Source: Hormiphora californensis
Taxonomy: Eukaryota > Animalia > Ctenophora
Reading direction: 5' to 3'
DNA: 64,000 nucleotides
NCBI GenBank assembly: GCA_020137815.1
Contig: CM035361.1
Location: 6,324,001 to 6,388,000, forward strand
Shown here: positions 1-29,103 of the stretch, one piece after another
Layout of the letters: each line of letters starts with the position of its first letter
How positions within the stretch are numbered: the first letter of the stretch is position 1
Notes under the pieces: model-generated
Databases searched by the model: none
Seen by the model: the letters and a program-made list of their open reading frames with translations, nothing else
What the model was told of the DNA's origin: nothing
Translations under genes and position numbers: made by a program

Positions 1-137
1 GCGACCAGTGAACAATCCAGGGACTGAAGTTTTCCAGCTTCATGCCTATTTAATGTTTGAGGAGAGTGCCCCTTGATTTTTATACATTCAGGGGGTTGTG
101 TGTGTGTTATACCTCCCGTAATTCCACCCAATTTCAG

Positions 138-1733
138 GAGGGTGCCCCTTGACGGATTGTGTTCACTTGACCCGTGTGGTATCTGAGATGAAGGGTGTTG
201 ACGGGGTCATGTTATCACCACCCCTCTGTGCCCCTTATGGAGATACTACGGGGCTGAAACACTATCTACTGACTGCAGGTATCATGGGGTCCTGCTATTA
301 CAAATATACAAGGATTGATTAATTATATACAACGACATAAACTTTGTGAATCACTGAATCGTGACCTTAATTTACTAAACTAGGGGGTACCGGGGAAACC
401 CGGCGCTACCTTGGTGGGGCCTGACCGGGAGATCGAGCACGGCGCTCTGGGCAGCCATGTGTGTTGGTGACCTGAGGAGAGAACTGTGAAATCTAGGGAA
501 CGCTGCTCCCCAACGACAGCAAGTGGGTGGAAGTACGGGAGGTACACGACACACACACACCTCTTTTGTAGGATTCTATCACGTAGTCTATAGGCGTCAG
601 CGCCAGTTTGGGACATATGGCTCCTCCAAACTCGCTGGCGATTGTGTTGAAGTTGAGTAGTCATGTTCACGAAACGTGGTGAACAGGGGGTGAACAGATC
701 AAATCGAGCAAACGATCAATCACACAACCGGCAGAGAGATGAATCAAGGATGCACGTGCAGTTTAAGGCTCAAGCTGGCAGGTTGCCAGGGTCCCTCTAG
801 GGACAACACGTGCAAAAGGCCATTTCCAGGAATTTTGTGCCATATTTGGTAAAAAAACCATCACCCATCATTTCCCTATTTGCTTTAATAATAGTATGAT
901 TACGGCCACGATTATTTAGCCTGATTAATATTTAATGTCACAGCTTTTTTGTACTATCTGATCTACCGTAGATTCTACAGTGTAGAATCTACACACCATA
1001 ACTGCACTGTGATTTACTCAGGACGTGCTGCAGTGCCAGGGGTACCGATCCTGTACTACCACTTCCCAACTCTAACCCACCTGGAGTACGATATTTTGGA
1101 TCTCACCCACTTCCTTATACGGGAACTTGGAGAGCAATTTCTGGGAATTAAATACACCGCTACAGATGAAAATGAATTTGAGGAACTGGTGGCGATCAAG
1201 GTAACAGTTGAACCATCAGCTTGTCCAATTGTAGGACATTAATGCACATTAGTGACTAATCTGCACTGCACCTATTACCCCTACAGGGCCCTGCTCTAGC
1301 CCTGCAGGGCCATACGTACCTAAATATGTAGGCGAGGCCATCAGATAAATTTATTGCCATTTCAGGGCTAACCAGAATTGACCCCATAGTGGGCCATAAA
1401 GGCCAAAAAATGCTAGACCAGGCAAATTATGGATTTTAGGGCTGGTATAATGGATATCCCCCTCCTCCCCAAAATAATGAGCCACTCTCACTTCTCAGGG
1501 TCTCAAGGTGTTTATTGGTTTTCCTAGTATGGTCCTAAATGCGGCACAAAAACTCAAAGGTACCGGTACAAGCGTTGCAATGATCACTGCAACTAATAAT
1601 TATGCAAACCGGGCTCTGAAGAAAATACTGGATTTTGTGGAAAGTGACAAGGATGCAGAGGCGATGGATTGGCAGAAGAAAGTTGATGATTTGATGGGAA
1701 ATGTTGTTCAAAAAGGTAACTTCTCCCTCTTTG

Positions 1734-1773
<40 letters not shown>

Positions 1774-1945
1774 TTTCTCTCTCTCTCCCTTCCCAGATGC
1801 ATTCATGATGTCCCTACAATTCCCTATGGAACTATTGGACCTGCCAATGGGCCCGCCCACGCTCCCGTTATCTGACCTCACAGCCGATGCAAAACGAGCC
1901 ATTCGGAATAAAGTTAGTGCCAAGGACACAGTTTTTGAAGTTTAG
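138..1945 (+). CDS. NPL: N-acetylneuraminate lyase-like (DHDPS/NAL aldolase family), last four exons: 138-278, 1022-1200, 1499-1715, 1797-1945; 5' exons lie outside the window
   Basis: Phase-compatible GT-AG joins give GGCPLTDCVHLTRVVSEMKGVDGVMLSPP...GRAAVPGVPILYYHFP...FLGIKYT...TATNNYA...LPMGPPTLPL. This is colinear with NPL motifs (ADGIAVIAP, PFYYYHIP, GLKFS, GSTYN, IPMGPPRLPL). Catalytic Tyr and Lys are present. Confidence 0.8.
379..560 (+). mobile_element. 5'-truncated 3' end of the RNase H LINE at 30868-32970, with (AC)n tail
   Basis: About 180 nt nearly identical to the reverse complement of 30870-31050; sits in an NPL-like intron. Confidence 0.85.
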
Positions 1946-2505
1946 ATGAGGAATTCAGTGACTGTCCCACCATTCAATTAATAGACCAAGTGCAATTAGA
2001 CCAATTAGTGATCAGCGATTGAGATTATATGAATTATGAGGGGTGTGATAGTGAAGTAACATTGGGTGGCGCGCAAAAAGAGTGCTGAAATTGTGCATTT
2101 TCGATACAGCTCTTTTTGCGCGCGCCCCATTTTGTGTTCTGTGGGCGATTTGCCTTGTTCCGGTTCAAATTGGGTCCAATTTGAGAATGTTTGTCGAGTT
2201 TGTATCTTTATAGGTTCATAATTTAAATTCTTTGATTTTTATAATTTTAACAAATATTGAGTTATAAGACAAAATATAGATACGAAACTTTCACTTTCTT
2301 TTCCACACTTTTTATTCACTCCTTCTCAGTTTTTGCCTTTTGGCTCACATTATTTTCCTCCCTCTTTCTCAGCTCTCCTTTCACTCATACACACAAACAC
2401 ACCGTTAAAACGGCTCAAAAAATCACACAAATGCAGTCCCAGTAACTCAAAATATGCCGAAAAGCAACCATCAAAATATATCAAGTTCAAATCCTCAAAT
2501 CGGTA

Positions 2506-5500
2506 CTAGCAGGATTTAGATTTAATTTGGTAGGAACTATCGATAGCACTGGTTTTGTAGGGCACAGAGCTGAGGGCGTCCTCCAAGGCCCACCTGTGGT
2601 TTCGGACCTGTGAAATAGGTTTGTTTTAGGTATTTTTCCCGCTGATTAAGACCTCCAAAAAGCGTGAATTAAAGTAATGTGAATTAATAAGTGTGTTCAA
2701 TAAAACCATTTCATAATTACAAAATACACATAACAACAAATTATTCAATATCTAATTACTAATTGCTAATTATTCAATATCTAATTACTAATTGCTAATT
2801 ATTCAATATCTAATTACTAATTATCTAATTGCTAATTACTAATTATTCAATATCTAATTGCTAATTACTAATTACTAATTGCTAATTATTCAATATTTAA
2901 TTGCTAATTAGTGACGTCATACCTCTAGGGCCTCCCACTCATCCTTATACGCTTTCTTCATGTCAGGGGGAGCACCGGGAGTAGCAGTCATTTGTTGCAT
3001 CATTTTAGATTGGTCAGCTTCATTATCTTCACCTGACGGGGGGGGGGGGGGGGGGGGGGGTTAGAGGAGGGGTAACATGGAGGGGGAGGGTAGTTTAGTA
3101 GTTAGAGGGGTGGTTGGGAGCTGGGGTGGTATGGGGGTTGTCAGAGCCAGGGGCTATGTGTGATAATAATAAGTGGACTGGTCAGCTTCATTATCTTCAC
3201 CTGACGGGGGGGAGGGGGTAGTTAGAATACCACGGGGGGGGGGGGGGGGGGGGGGGGGGGGTAGTTAGGGGTGGGGGTAGACAGAGAATCAGTCTACAAC
3301 TGCAGAATAGTTATAGAAATTAAAATAAAGATTTGCACAAAAGAGCGTACACAGAACGTAACCCAAAGACGCCCATATGCCCATATTTGGACATGTGATG
3401 ACGTCATATGCCCAAATATGGTGTGCCTACTACAACTTACCCAGGAAAAGAGCGTACACAGAACGTAACCCAAACACATTCAAAAAGTACCAAGAAGCGC
3501 TGCTGACCCAGCTTGCATCAAGAGTCGTAAGAGCAACACCTGTGATGGTGGTTAATTAATTAATTAATTAATTAATTAATTAGTGTTTATTAGCAATAAA
3601 TTAGTTTTTTAGAATGGTGGTGTGGTCTCTCAATCATTGAAATTGAATTAGATAACTTGTAATTACAAATTTTAGTTCACAATGATTTGAAAAAGTAAAG
3701 TCGTGATCTAGAAACTGATTGGTGACAGCAACTTAATTAATGTAATCAACTAACTAATTAATTAATTACCCAATTAGCTAATTAACTAATTAACTTGTTA
3801 CCTCGCTGGAGCATTTCCTTGAATCGCAGGGTAAGGGCAAAGGGAACTTTAGTTGTCACAAAACCAGAGAAAGTCCAATTGATCCACCCACCAATAACGA
3901 CCATGGGGATCATATTAGTTAGGTTTCCTGGAAAAAGAGAGGCATGTTAGTTAGGTTTCCTGAAAAAAGAGAGGCATGTTAGTTAGGTTTCCTGAAAAAA
4001 GAGAGGCATGTTAGTTAGGTTTCCTGAAAAAAGAGAGGCATGTTAGTTAGGTTTCCTGAAAAAAGAGAGGCATGTTAGTTAGGTTTCCTGAAAAAAGAGT
4101 GGCATGTTAGTGAGGTTTCCTGAAAAAAGAGTGGCATGTTAGTGAGGTTTCCTGAAAAAAGAGAGGCATGTTAGTTAGGTTTCCTGAAAAAAGAGAGGCA
4201 TGTTAGTTAGGTTTCCTGAAAAAAGAGAGGCATGTTAGTGAGGTTTCCTGAAAAAAGAGAGGCATGTTAGTTAGGTTTCCTGAAAAAAGATAGGCATGTT
4301 AGTTAGGTTTCCTGAAAAAGGGATCAACAGTTTTAAATCATACATGGGGGCTTGGGGAAGATAGCACAGTATGGCTGATGATAGTGCGGGTAATCAAAGG
4401 GGTAGATAGGAATAATATCAGTTAAAGTCGGACTCCTATGTATACCGGGCACCCCGATTTACCTACCAAAACCCTTTCCCCCGGTAAATCGGGGTCCTAA
4501 CCCTAACCCTACATTATTAGGTTAATAAACGGATAGAAATCATGTTAGTGGGGAGATAACACGAATAATGTTATGGGGTGGGGGTCTAATTAATTAACTT
4601 TACAACTATAATTAATTAATTAATGGTAATTAATGTTACAATTACCTTTCATCATGTCCACCATCATACTAGGATCAGTCATTGGATTCGCAGCAGCTGG
4701 GGATTCCTTTTCTACCTTGAGAGCCTGGAAAATGGAAATGTTTATTATATATACTAGCAAAACTGGGGTGATCGTACCGATCGCAAATCGAGGGGTCTGT
4801 TTCTATGTTTTTCTCTTTGCCTGTCTGCTATATGCTATGGAATGTGATGTGATCCCTCTCTTTCTCTCTTTCTCTCCCTTTTATACATGTGATGTGAACC
4901 CTCAAGTCGCAAGCAGTTCTCAACACGTGTGATACGTGATACCTACGAATCACGTCGTCACACTGACGGATCACGTCGTCACATTGACGGATCACGTCGT
5001 CACACTGACGGATCACGTCGTCACACTGACGATAGGGTGTCACATTTCCGTGCAAATTTGCATTAGATATAGTTAGATTGGGTGTGTTAGTGAGGGTCTA
5101 TAAAATAGAAAATGTGAGTAATACCATCCTGTTAGATAGTGTATTACACCCATCCACTTCCCCCTTAGAGACAGAAAACGAGAAAGATACAAAAAGTCAG
5201 AAAGGCAGAAAGATAGAAATGACCATTGCTTACCCCACTTGGTCCATTGAAGTAGTGTCGTCTCATCATGAATGCATCCCGTGGAATAAAGTCACCGTTT
5301 TCACGGAGCAAACGAGCCCTTCTTAGAAGATGTGTGTCTGCAACCTGTAACAAGTTAGAGAGGGAGATTAGGTTTCTTTCTCTCTATAAAATAAAATCTT
5401 AATCAGACAAACTGACCCGATTCAAAGCTTTAAAAAAACGCAGGAGTACTCGCAAGCACAGTAAACAACTTCGGGTCGTTGGTGCATGCAATACATTGCA

Positions 5501-5744
5501 ATGTATTGCCTGCATTGCAATACATTGCCTGCATATATCTCCAGTGTAATTACCTGAGGTGCATGCAATACATTGCCTGTATATAATATCTCCAGTATTT
5601 AATTACCTGAGTCAGAACAGTCTTCTTCTCCGATGCCATGAGGATGGTTGCATAGTGCCGGATGAGTCCCACAAACAGACAGATTAGGACAATGGGGATG
5701 AACACATAAAGTCGGATATTGGGATCCAACAAGAGTTCTGCCAT
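2506..5744 (-). CDS. EMC3: ER membrane protein complex subunit 3, 7 exons: 5744-5607, 5344-5234, 4724-4646, 3927-3802, 3539-3441, 3032-2923, 2607-2506; 254 aa
   Basis: Spliced translation [19 protein letters not shown]...RARLLRENG...[57 protein letters not shown]...[23 protein letters not shown]...EWEALE...HRWAL. All introns are GT-AG and in phase; TAG at 2508-2506. Confidence 0.97.
3931..4320. repeat. 32-bp tandem array, 12 units, in EMC3 intron 3
   Basis: Unit gaaaaaagagaggcatgttagttaggtttcct with 32-nt periodicity. Confidence 0.95.
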
Positions 5745-5799
5745 CCCTACACACTGGAAGATTTCAGAATTAATAAATTTAATAAATTTAAAACTTCAT

Positions 5800-6075
5800 T
5801 ATGGAAATGTAAACGGTGTCAGTCTCTTCAGTATTTCCTTTTCCCAGTCTTATTACTGTAATTCCATCACGGTAATGCCACTACAAGCGGCAGTGTTTCG
5901 CTCAAACTTCCAAACCCAGTCGATGATGGAATTGTTGTTTCGGCTAGAACATCCCTTCACAGGTGGATTGACAAAGAAGTGGTCCAGCCAACGACCCAAC
6001 AGGATCTTGAACGTGTTTCAGGTAACTTCTTTCGGTATTGTGTTCCATACCGAGCGGCCCTCACAGAAAAGGAGT
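5800..6075 (-). mobile_element. Degenerate CR1-type LINE ORF2 C-terminus and 3' UTR
   Basis: Frameshifted translation SFSVRAAR.WNTIP...NTFKILLGRWLDHFFVNPPVKG...NNSIIDW resembles the end of the 8720-10312 ORF. Confidence 0.65.
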
Positions 6076-6076
6076 G

Positions 6077-6265
6077 GAAGATTACAAGATTACAAGATTA
6101 CAAGATTACAAGATTAAAATTATATTTATAATGTCAATAAATTAAATAAATGTAATTATTGACACCCCGCTAATACACTAAACATATTGGTTCACAAATA
6201 TTAAAAATAAATATGTCCAACATGCGGACGTTTCCGCCCGTAGCTACCTCTAGCTGGGTTATCTC
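6077..6265 (-). mobile_element. LINE 3' end with (TTGTAATC)n tail
   Basis: Five 8-bp repeats at 6078-6116, analogous to the (TTGTAAAC)n CR1 tail at 10406-10455; small hairpin gcggacgtttccgc nearby. Confidence 0.55.
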
Positions 6266-6424
6266 GTCTAATTCAAACACTCTTCAATATCACATTGTAC
6301 ATGTACAAAAAACAGAATCAATAAACTGTCGTGATAACAAGTGATGAGTAGCGTGTAGAAGGGATGTTGTAAATAGTTTGTAGAATGAGGAATGAGGATG
6401 TGCTCGATATGGAGCAGCGCAAGG

Positions 6425-6950
6425 AAAAGGACCCAGGGATCGATGTGGAGAAGGTAGGAGTGAAGGACCCAGGGATCGATGAGGAGCAAGGTAGGAGTAA
6501 AGGACCCAGGGATCGATGTGGAGCAAGGTAGGGAAAGGACCCAGGAATCGATGTGGAGGAGGTAGGAGTAAAGGACCCAGGGATCGATGTGGAGGAGGTA
6601 GGAGTAAAGGACCCAGGGATCGATGTGGAGGAGGTAGGAGTAAAGGACCCAGGTATCGATGTGGAGGAGGTAGAAGTAGAGGACCCAGGGATCGATGTGG
6701 AGCAAGGTAGGGAAAGGACCTAGGAATCGATGTGGAGGAGGTAGGAGTAGAGGACCCAGGGATCGATGTGAAGGAGGTTGGGAAAAGACCCAGGGATCGA
6801 TGTGGAGCAAGGTAGGGAAAAAACCCAGGAATCGATGTGGAGGAGGTAGGAGTAGAGGACTCAGGGATCGATGTGGAGGAGGTAGGAGTAAAGGACCCAG
6901 GGATCGATGTGGAGGAGGTAGGAGTAGAGGACCCAGGTATCGATGTGAAG
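6425..6950. repeat. 36-39 bp minisatellite downstream of the L2 ORF2 stop
   Basis: About 14 units of ggacccagggatcgatgtggaggaggtaggagtaaa and variants. Confidence 0.9.
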
Positions 6951-7063
6951 GAATACACGAGAAAAAGGGAGCCCAGGAATCAGGAATAGGAGTTGGAGAC
7001 AGTAGTTACTCAGGAATCCATGTGGATGTACCAAATGTAGGGAAGTGAGGATTATTTTGCCGA

Positions 7064-10000
7064 TCATTGGTTGTATGCTTTAAAGAACAAGTGCGTCTTC
7101 AGGGATGTTTTAAAAGTAGTAAGGGATTCTGAGTCCCGGATTGATCGCGGTAGCTGATTCCATAATTTAGGTGCTGCAATACTGAAAGCGCCTCTAGTGT
7201 TCTCGTAGTGGTACTCACTCCTCCGCACCTCTTTCAGAGCGGTGACGTCATTATCCACTCGGAGTGATTTCACTTTCTGGGGCCGCTTCACTAACATCTC
7301 AGACATGTATGGAGGGGATTGATCATGAAGAGTCTTGTATACCATCAAGCAAATTTTGTACTCTATTCGCTGTTTCACAGGCAAGAAGTGTGATTTCATA
7401 CGAAGTTTTGTTACACCGCGTTTTCCTCTTTTCCCATAAATGTATCGTGTCGCACTGTTCTGAACTTTCTGTAGACGTTTCAGGTCAGAATCCTTTAATG
7501 AAACCAAAAGAGAGTTGCAATAATCGATACGGCTATGAATAAGGGTTGAAACCAGCTTAGTTTTCTGTGCCTTACTCAATTTCCGGCTATTCTCCACATC
7601 TGTACCAGTTGTAGATTGCAAGCTTTGACAACTTTAGTAACGTGATCGGCCATTGATAATGTGCTGTCAAACATTACGCCCAAGTTTCTCGCTCTTGGGG
7701 CGACTTCTGTTTCGCCATCTTCTGGATTGATCAATATGTTCTCAATATCAGGTGATTTACTCCATTTGTTTTTCAGGATGAGAACTTCCGTTTTCTCTGG
7801 GTTGAGCTTCAGCATACTATGAGCCATCCACAATTTTATGTGTGCCATGCATTTCTGTAGTCTTTCGGTCACCTCACCGATTGATTCTGGTGAGAATGAA
7901 ACATATATCTGACTATCATCAGCATACATGTGTATGGTTAGGTCGTATAATGCAGCAATCTTTTCCAGGTCCTTCATATATAGGATAAACAACAACGGGC
8001 CAAGAATAGACCCTTGGGGCACTCCGATTTCAATAGGTTTCGAACTGGACTCCGTCGATCCGATCTTAACCTTCGCAAAGCGTCCTGACAGGTAGGATTT
8101 GATCCATTTCAGAACACTACCTCCAATTCGATATTCATTCTCAAGTCGCCGTAACAGTTCTGAATGCGAGATGGTGTCGAACGCGGCCGAGAGGTCCAAT
8201 AACACAAGAATCACCTGAGATTTGCTGTCAATCTGCAAGAGGATGTCATTGACAATTTTCACGGTCGCCGTTTCGCAAGAATGTTTCGTTCTATAGGCGG
8301 ACTGGAATTTGGCGAAAAGATCATGTTTTTCAAGATGGTCAATTAGCTGCTCAGCTACACATTTCTCTACTACCTTTGATAAAAATGATAAGTTGGAAAT
8401 AGGTCTGTAGCTTTTCAATTGATCCGGATCCAATGACGCATTTTTGTGAGCAGGTCTTATTACAGCTGTTTTCAAGTTATCAGGCATTTCTCCTTGGGAC
8501 AGACTGGAGTTGACGATCTTCGAGATTATTGGTAGGAGATGAGGTAAGGCACCTGTGAGTAGAGAGGTCGGTATGTTTTTGGTTCATTCTTCGGATGGTA
8601 GATACAAGTTGTTCATCCGATACCGGTTTAAACGATGCAAGGACAGGCACTGATGTTGATGTTTTTGTATCGGGCAAGTTAGGCAAGGTTTCTGAGAAGG
8701 ATGGATCATTTCGAATATCTTGATAAATCTTTTCAACATCTTTTCAGCATCCCCTCCTGACTGCATTCCTTCTTTTGTTCTGAAACAGTGCAGCAGTAGC
8801 CTGGCATACCCGATTTGGATGTTGTGGAACAGGTCATTTGAAGACGGATCTGTCCCTAGTTGCTTAAAGCAACAGTTCATAACACCATTATTCAAGAAGG
8901 GGGCTAAATCGAAACCTGTGAACTATCGCCCAGTGTCTATAACAAGTCACCTGTCTAAAGTGTTTGAGCGGCTGGTGAGGAAACGGATCAGTGACTACTT
9001 GGACGAGATGGAGTTGCAGAGTGACACTCAGCATGGGTTTAGAAAGGGGCGCAGTACCATGACACAGCTACTAACCCATGTTGACATCATCCTATCTGAT
9101 CTATGCGGTGATCAGGAAGTCGATGCTATCTACTTAGATTTTAGTAAAGCATTTGATTCCGTGGATATCAATGTTCTGCTAGCTAAATTGAGGCGATATG
9201 GTATTGGAGGTCAACTCCTTCAGTGGATCAGTGCGTGGATCCTGGGCAGGAATCAGTGTGTAATGGTGGATGGAGTGAGGTCACCCTGGGCCGAGGTACT
9301 TAGTGGGGTTGCCCAGGGTAGTGTGCTCGGACCACTTCTTTTCCTCATATATATTCTTGACCTGGAGTCAGTGCTAGACGGTAGCATGTGTCTAACTTTT
9401 GCTGACGATACTAAGTTGGTAAAAGCTATTTCGGATATGACTAGCCAGGCGTGCCTACAGAACGATCTTTTAAGAGTGGCAGAATGGGCAAAGAAGAACA
9501 ATATGAAGTTACATGAGGATAAATTTCAGCTCTTGAGCTATAGTCTGAACAAGTCTGCTATCCTCAGACAGTTTCCTTTCGCAGCTGAAGTGTTTTCATA
9601 TACTACAAGCTCAGGTGTGCAGTTGACCCCCGAACCTGATGTTCGTGATCTGGGTGTCCAGATGTCTGCAGATGGGTCATGGACGAGGCACATTTCTATC
9701 ATAGTGCGGAAGGCTTCCCTCTTGAGTGGCTGGATATTCAGCGTTTTTCGGGACCGTTCTCCGGAGGTTATGGTACAGCTTTTCAAGTCCTTGGTCAGGC
9801 CTATTCTTGAGTACTGTTGCCTAGTCTGGAACCCTTCCAAGGCTGGTGATATCACGGCTATTGAGAATGTCCAACGTTGTTTCACCAGACGTCTTGATGG
9901 TATGCAGGGTCATGACTATTGGGATAGACTGAAATTGCTCAATCTTATGTCCCTTCAGCGTCGGAGACAGCGCTACATTCTGATTCATGTGTGGAAGACG

Positions 10001-10620
10001 ATTCATGGTTTTGTACCTAACTCTGCCAACCTAGTATTTCAACAGCACGCTAGACTGGGTATGCGGATAGTCCCACCACCTTACCCCTATAGAGCAGAAA
10101 CGAAACGAGCTAATCAATTTCACTGCTCATTTGGTCCAAGAGCAGCTCATTTATGGAACACTCTACCTGCTGCTGTCAATTCTTGTGTGAGCTTGAATCA
10201 GTTCAAATCATCATTGGGCAATTACTTGACAGGATTTCACGATCGTCCTCCAGTCAGAGGGTACCCGCCACTTCCAAATGACCTTTCGCCTCAATGTGCT
10301 GTGCTGTGCTGATGAGTGTGAGTGTGAAGGGATAGTTTTTCAACTTGATTTTATTTAGGTGGACCCATTCAGGGAAGGCCTGTTTCTTTATAAATAAAAC
10401 TTTAATTGTAAACTTGTAAACTTGTAAAACTTGTAAACTTGTAAACTTGTAAACTTTGGAGTGAAAGAACTCACTCAGTAAATCCGGAAGTTTAGCAGGA
10501 TCAGGCACTGTTGGGAGTGCTTTCGGGGTTTTATCTTTACCCAGCAGGTAGTTCATCACCTGATAGGTAGCAGATGGATTGCCCTCAGCAGCCTGAAGTC
10601 TGCGTCTGAAAAATCATCTG
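7064..10620 (-). mobile_element. L2-clade LINE ORF2, frameshifted and 5'-truncated, interrupted by a CR1 at ~8725-10455
   Basis: RT motifs YRPISNL, QSAYR, LDLSAAFD, GVPQGSILGP, YADD. L2-type C-terminus SRIDYCNSLL...HFLPVKQRIEYK. Coding resumes beyond the CR1 (LPDLLSEFFHSKV). Confidence 0.9.
8725..10455 (+). mobile_element. CR1-type LINE, 5'-truncated, with open RT frame 8720-10312 and (TTGTAAAC)n tail
   Basis: YRPVSITS, QHGFR, YLDFSKAFD, GVAQGSVLGP, FADD, SLVRPILEYC..VWNP; 8-bp tail repeats at 10406-10455. Confidence 0.93.
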
Positions 10621-11767
10621 AAAAATCATGGCAAGACTCCTACTTCAGGAACCGGATATACTTGTTTCAAATAAGGTCAAAAGTCTCCTCTCCCTGTCCC
10701 AAGCGGAAAAAATAACAAAACTGGATCACTCGTTCTTATTGGAAAAAATAATCAAAAAACAAACAAAAAAGAGAGGTGAAATTAAAGAAAAAGAGATAAT
10801 AAAATTGTAATAAAAGAAGCCACATGCATCTGGCCTAACAATGTCAATAATAGTATATATAAATTGTTTTTGCCTGACTGGCTACACGAAGAAAATCACA
10901 TAAAATACATGCAACAGTTAAAGACTAGTATGTATGGTACAGATCTGATGAAGAGCCAAGAGAGGTGAAATTTCATTTTTGTAATTTTTTGTGATATGAC
11001 TGGAAAATAAATCGCGCGCGCATGACCTTGCCCGCCTTTTCGCGCGGCGTTATAATAGCGCGTACAAAATAAAATGCGCGCTGGAAAGCGCCCATCAGCC
11101 GAAAACTGGCAAATTGGGGTCTAGCGCCGCCAGAAAGTTGAAGCAATGCTCCAAGAACGAACAAGCACTCTTTGGCTAGGCTCTGAGCCAAAGAAGATTG
11201 TACAAACGTTTTTCAATTCTGAAAGCTTATTCTGCAATCTGCTTTCACTTTGACAGTGGAGATAAATATAAATCAGAGTTATATTTTTGGGCTAAAACAA
11301 TGTGTCACATAATAATTTGTTACATATCAAAGAGTCAGGTGAGATTTTCTCTCATTTTCAATTCGATCTCATCTCCCTCTCAAGTAAATACCGTACTATG
11401 TATTTACTACACCTTACAAACTGACTAATTCTGTCCATGACTTGTTAGTGAGGTATGTTTACTCAACAATTCATGACATGACATGAATTTAAATGTAAAA
11501 ATGTTTGCTTTCATCATGAGACTCATATTATTTTTCTAATGACGTACTGTAAGTACATCTTGTCAGCTGTCAAGTTGTTGCTTGGTCGGTTAACAAAACA
11601 CTCGTAACAATACCATCTCCCTACGTCAACTGATCCAAAGATTCAAAGCGTATTGAAATATATTAATAAATCATTTAGTTTCTTTCTGCGCTAGCACAGT
11701 TTTTATTACAGCACTGACCTAATATTCCCCAATCAATTTAACAATATATTAACACTCTCAGCCCCCA

Positions 11768-28043
<16,276 letters not shown>

Positions 28044-28928
28044 TCGGCCTATCACTGGGGAATATCGAATTGAGAAATGAGAGTTTATCAATTTCGGTTT
28101 AAGGTTGGATCACACATTTGTCGGAGTTTTGGTTGCTAATACAAGAGTAACCCCTCAAACCCTCCTGTTGGTTGCTAAGAGTTAAACTTTAACTCTTAGC
28201 AACCAACAGGAGGGTTTGAGGGGTTACTCTTAGCAACCAAAACTCCGACAAATGTGTGATCCAACAGCTACAAATAACAAAGTTGGTAGCTGTACAAAAA
28301 GGTACAAAAAGGTACAAAAAAGGTACAAAAAGGTACAAAAAGGTACAAAAAGGTACAAAAAGGTACAAAATGGTACAAAAAAGGTACAAAAGGTACAAAA
28401 AAGGAGTAACCATGGTAACATGTGCCCTACAACTGCAGGAGGAGAGGTCGATGCAACTTTAATTAGTCTATGACGTCACACTGTGACTCACAAGTTTGAA
28501 ACTTTAACTGACACACGTGAGATAATATGGGGCAATGAGAATTGAGGCGTGGAGAGAAACAAAGAAAGGGAGATTTAACACGAGATTTAACAAGAACTCA
28601 GGTACCAGTTACAGCATTTACACGTCACCCCCCCCCCCCTCTGATGATTGAGTGATGAGGTCGACCATTTTCTACACACACATCACACCATGTCACTGCA
28701 GCAGCAGCAGCAGCTATATAAGCAGCATGGCTCCTCCCAGATCAAATTACAAGTTTCATTGAATAGAGATCGGTAAACACACACTCTCAATATATTATCC
28801 CGGTGCTCTAAATACCCCTCTAATCCCCCTCTAAACCCCGTCAGTCAGCAAATATTGCCAAGCTAGATTGCCAAGGGGTTAAACAAAACAAAGCAAATAC
28901 TAGCGATCATTCAATAGGATTAGCAAAT

Positions 28929-29103
28929 ACAGTCGGACCCCGATTTAGGGGCCCCCGATTTAGTGGCACCCCGATTTAGGGACAGGATTTTTTCCCCCGA
29001 TATACGAAAATTAACATTATTTGAACCCGATTTAGTGGACACCCCGATTTAGTGTACAAGAGCCTTTCCCCCGAGGGTGTCCCTAAATCGGGGTCCGACT
29101 GCA
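28929..29103. mobile_element. MITE with CAGTCGGACCCCGATTTA TIRs; relatives at ~4425-4498, 34112-34165 and 52767-52856
   Basis: TIRs and internal ccccgatttag repeats. Confidence 0.75.

Noticed and set aside
3931-4320. CRISPR-like 32-bp array (also 25458-26250 and 56600-56846)
   Set aside because: No unique spacers, no cas genes, eukaryotic context; these are tandem repeats.
6268-7067. Repetitive ORFs of up to 222 aa
   Set aside because: A stop-free minisatellite, open in several frames on both strands.
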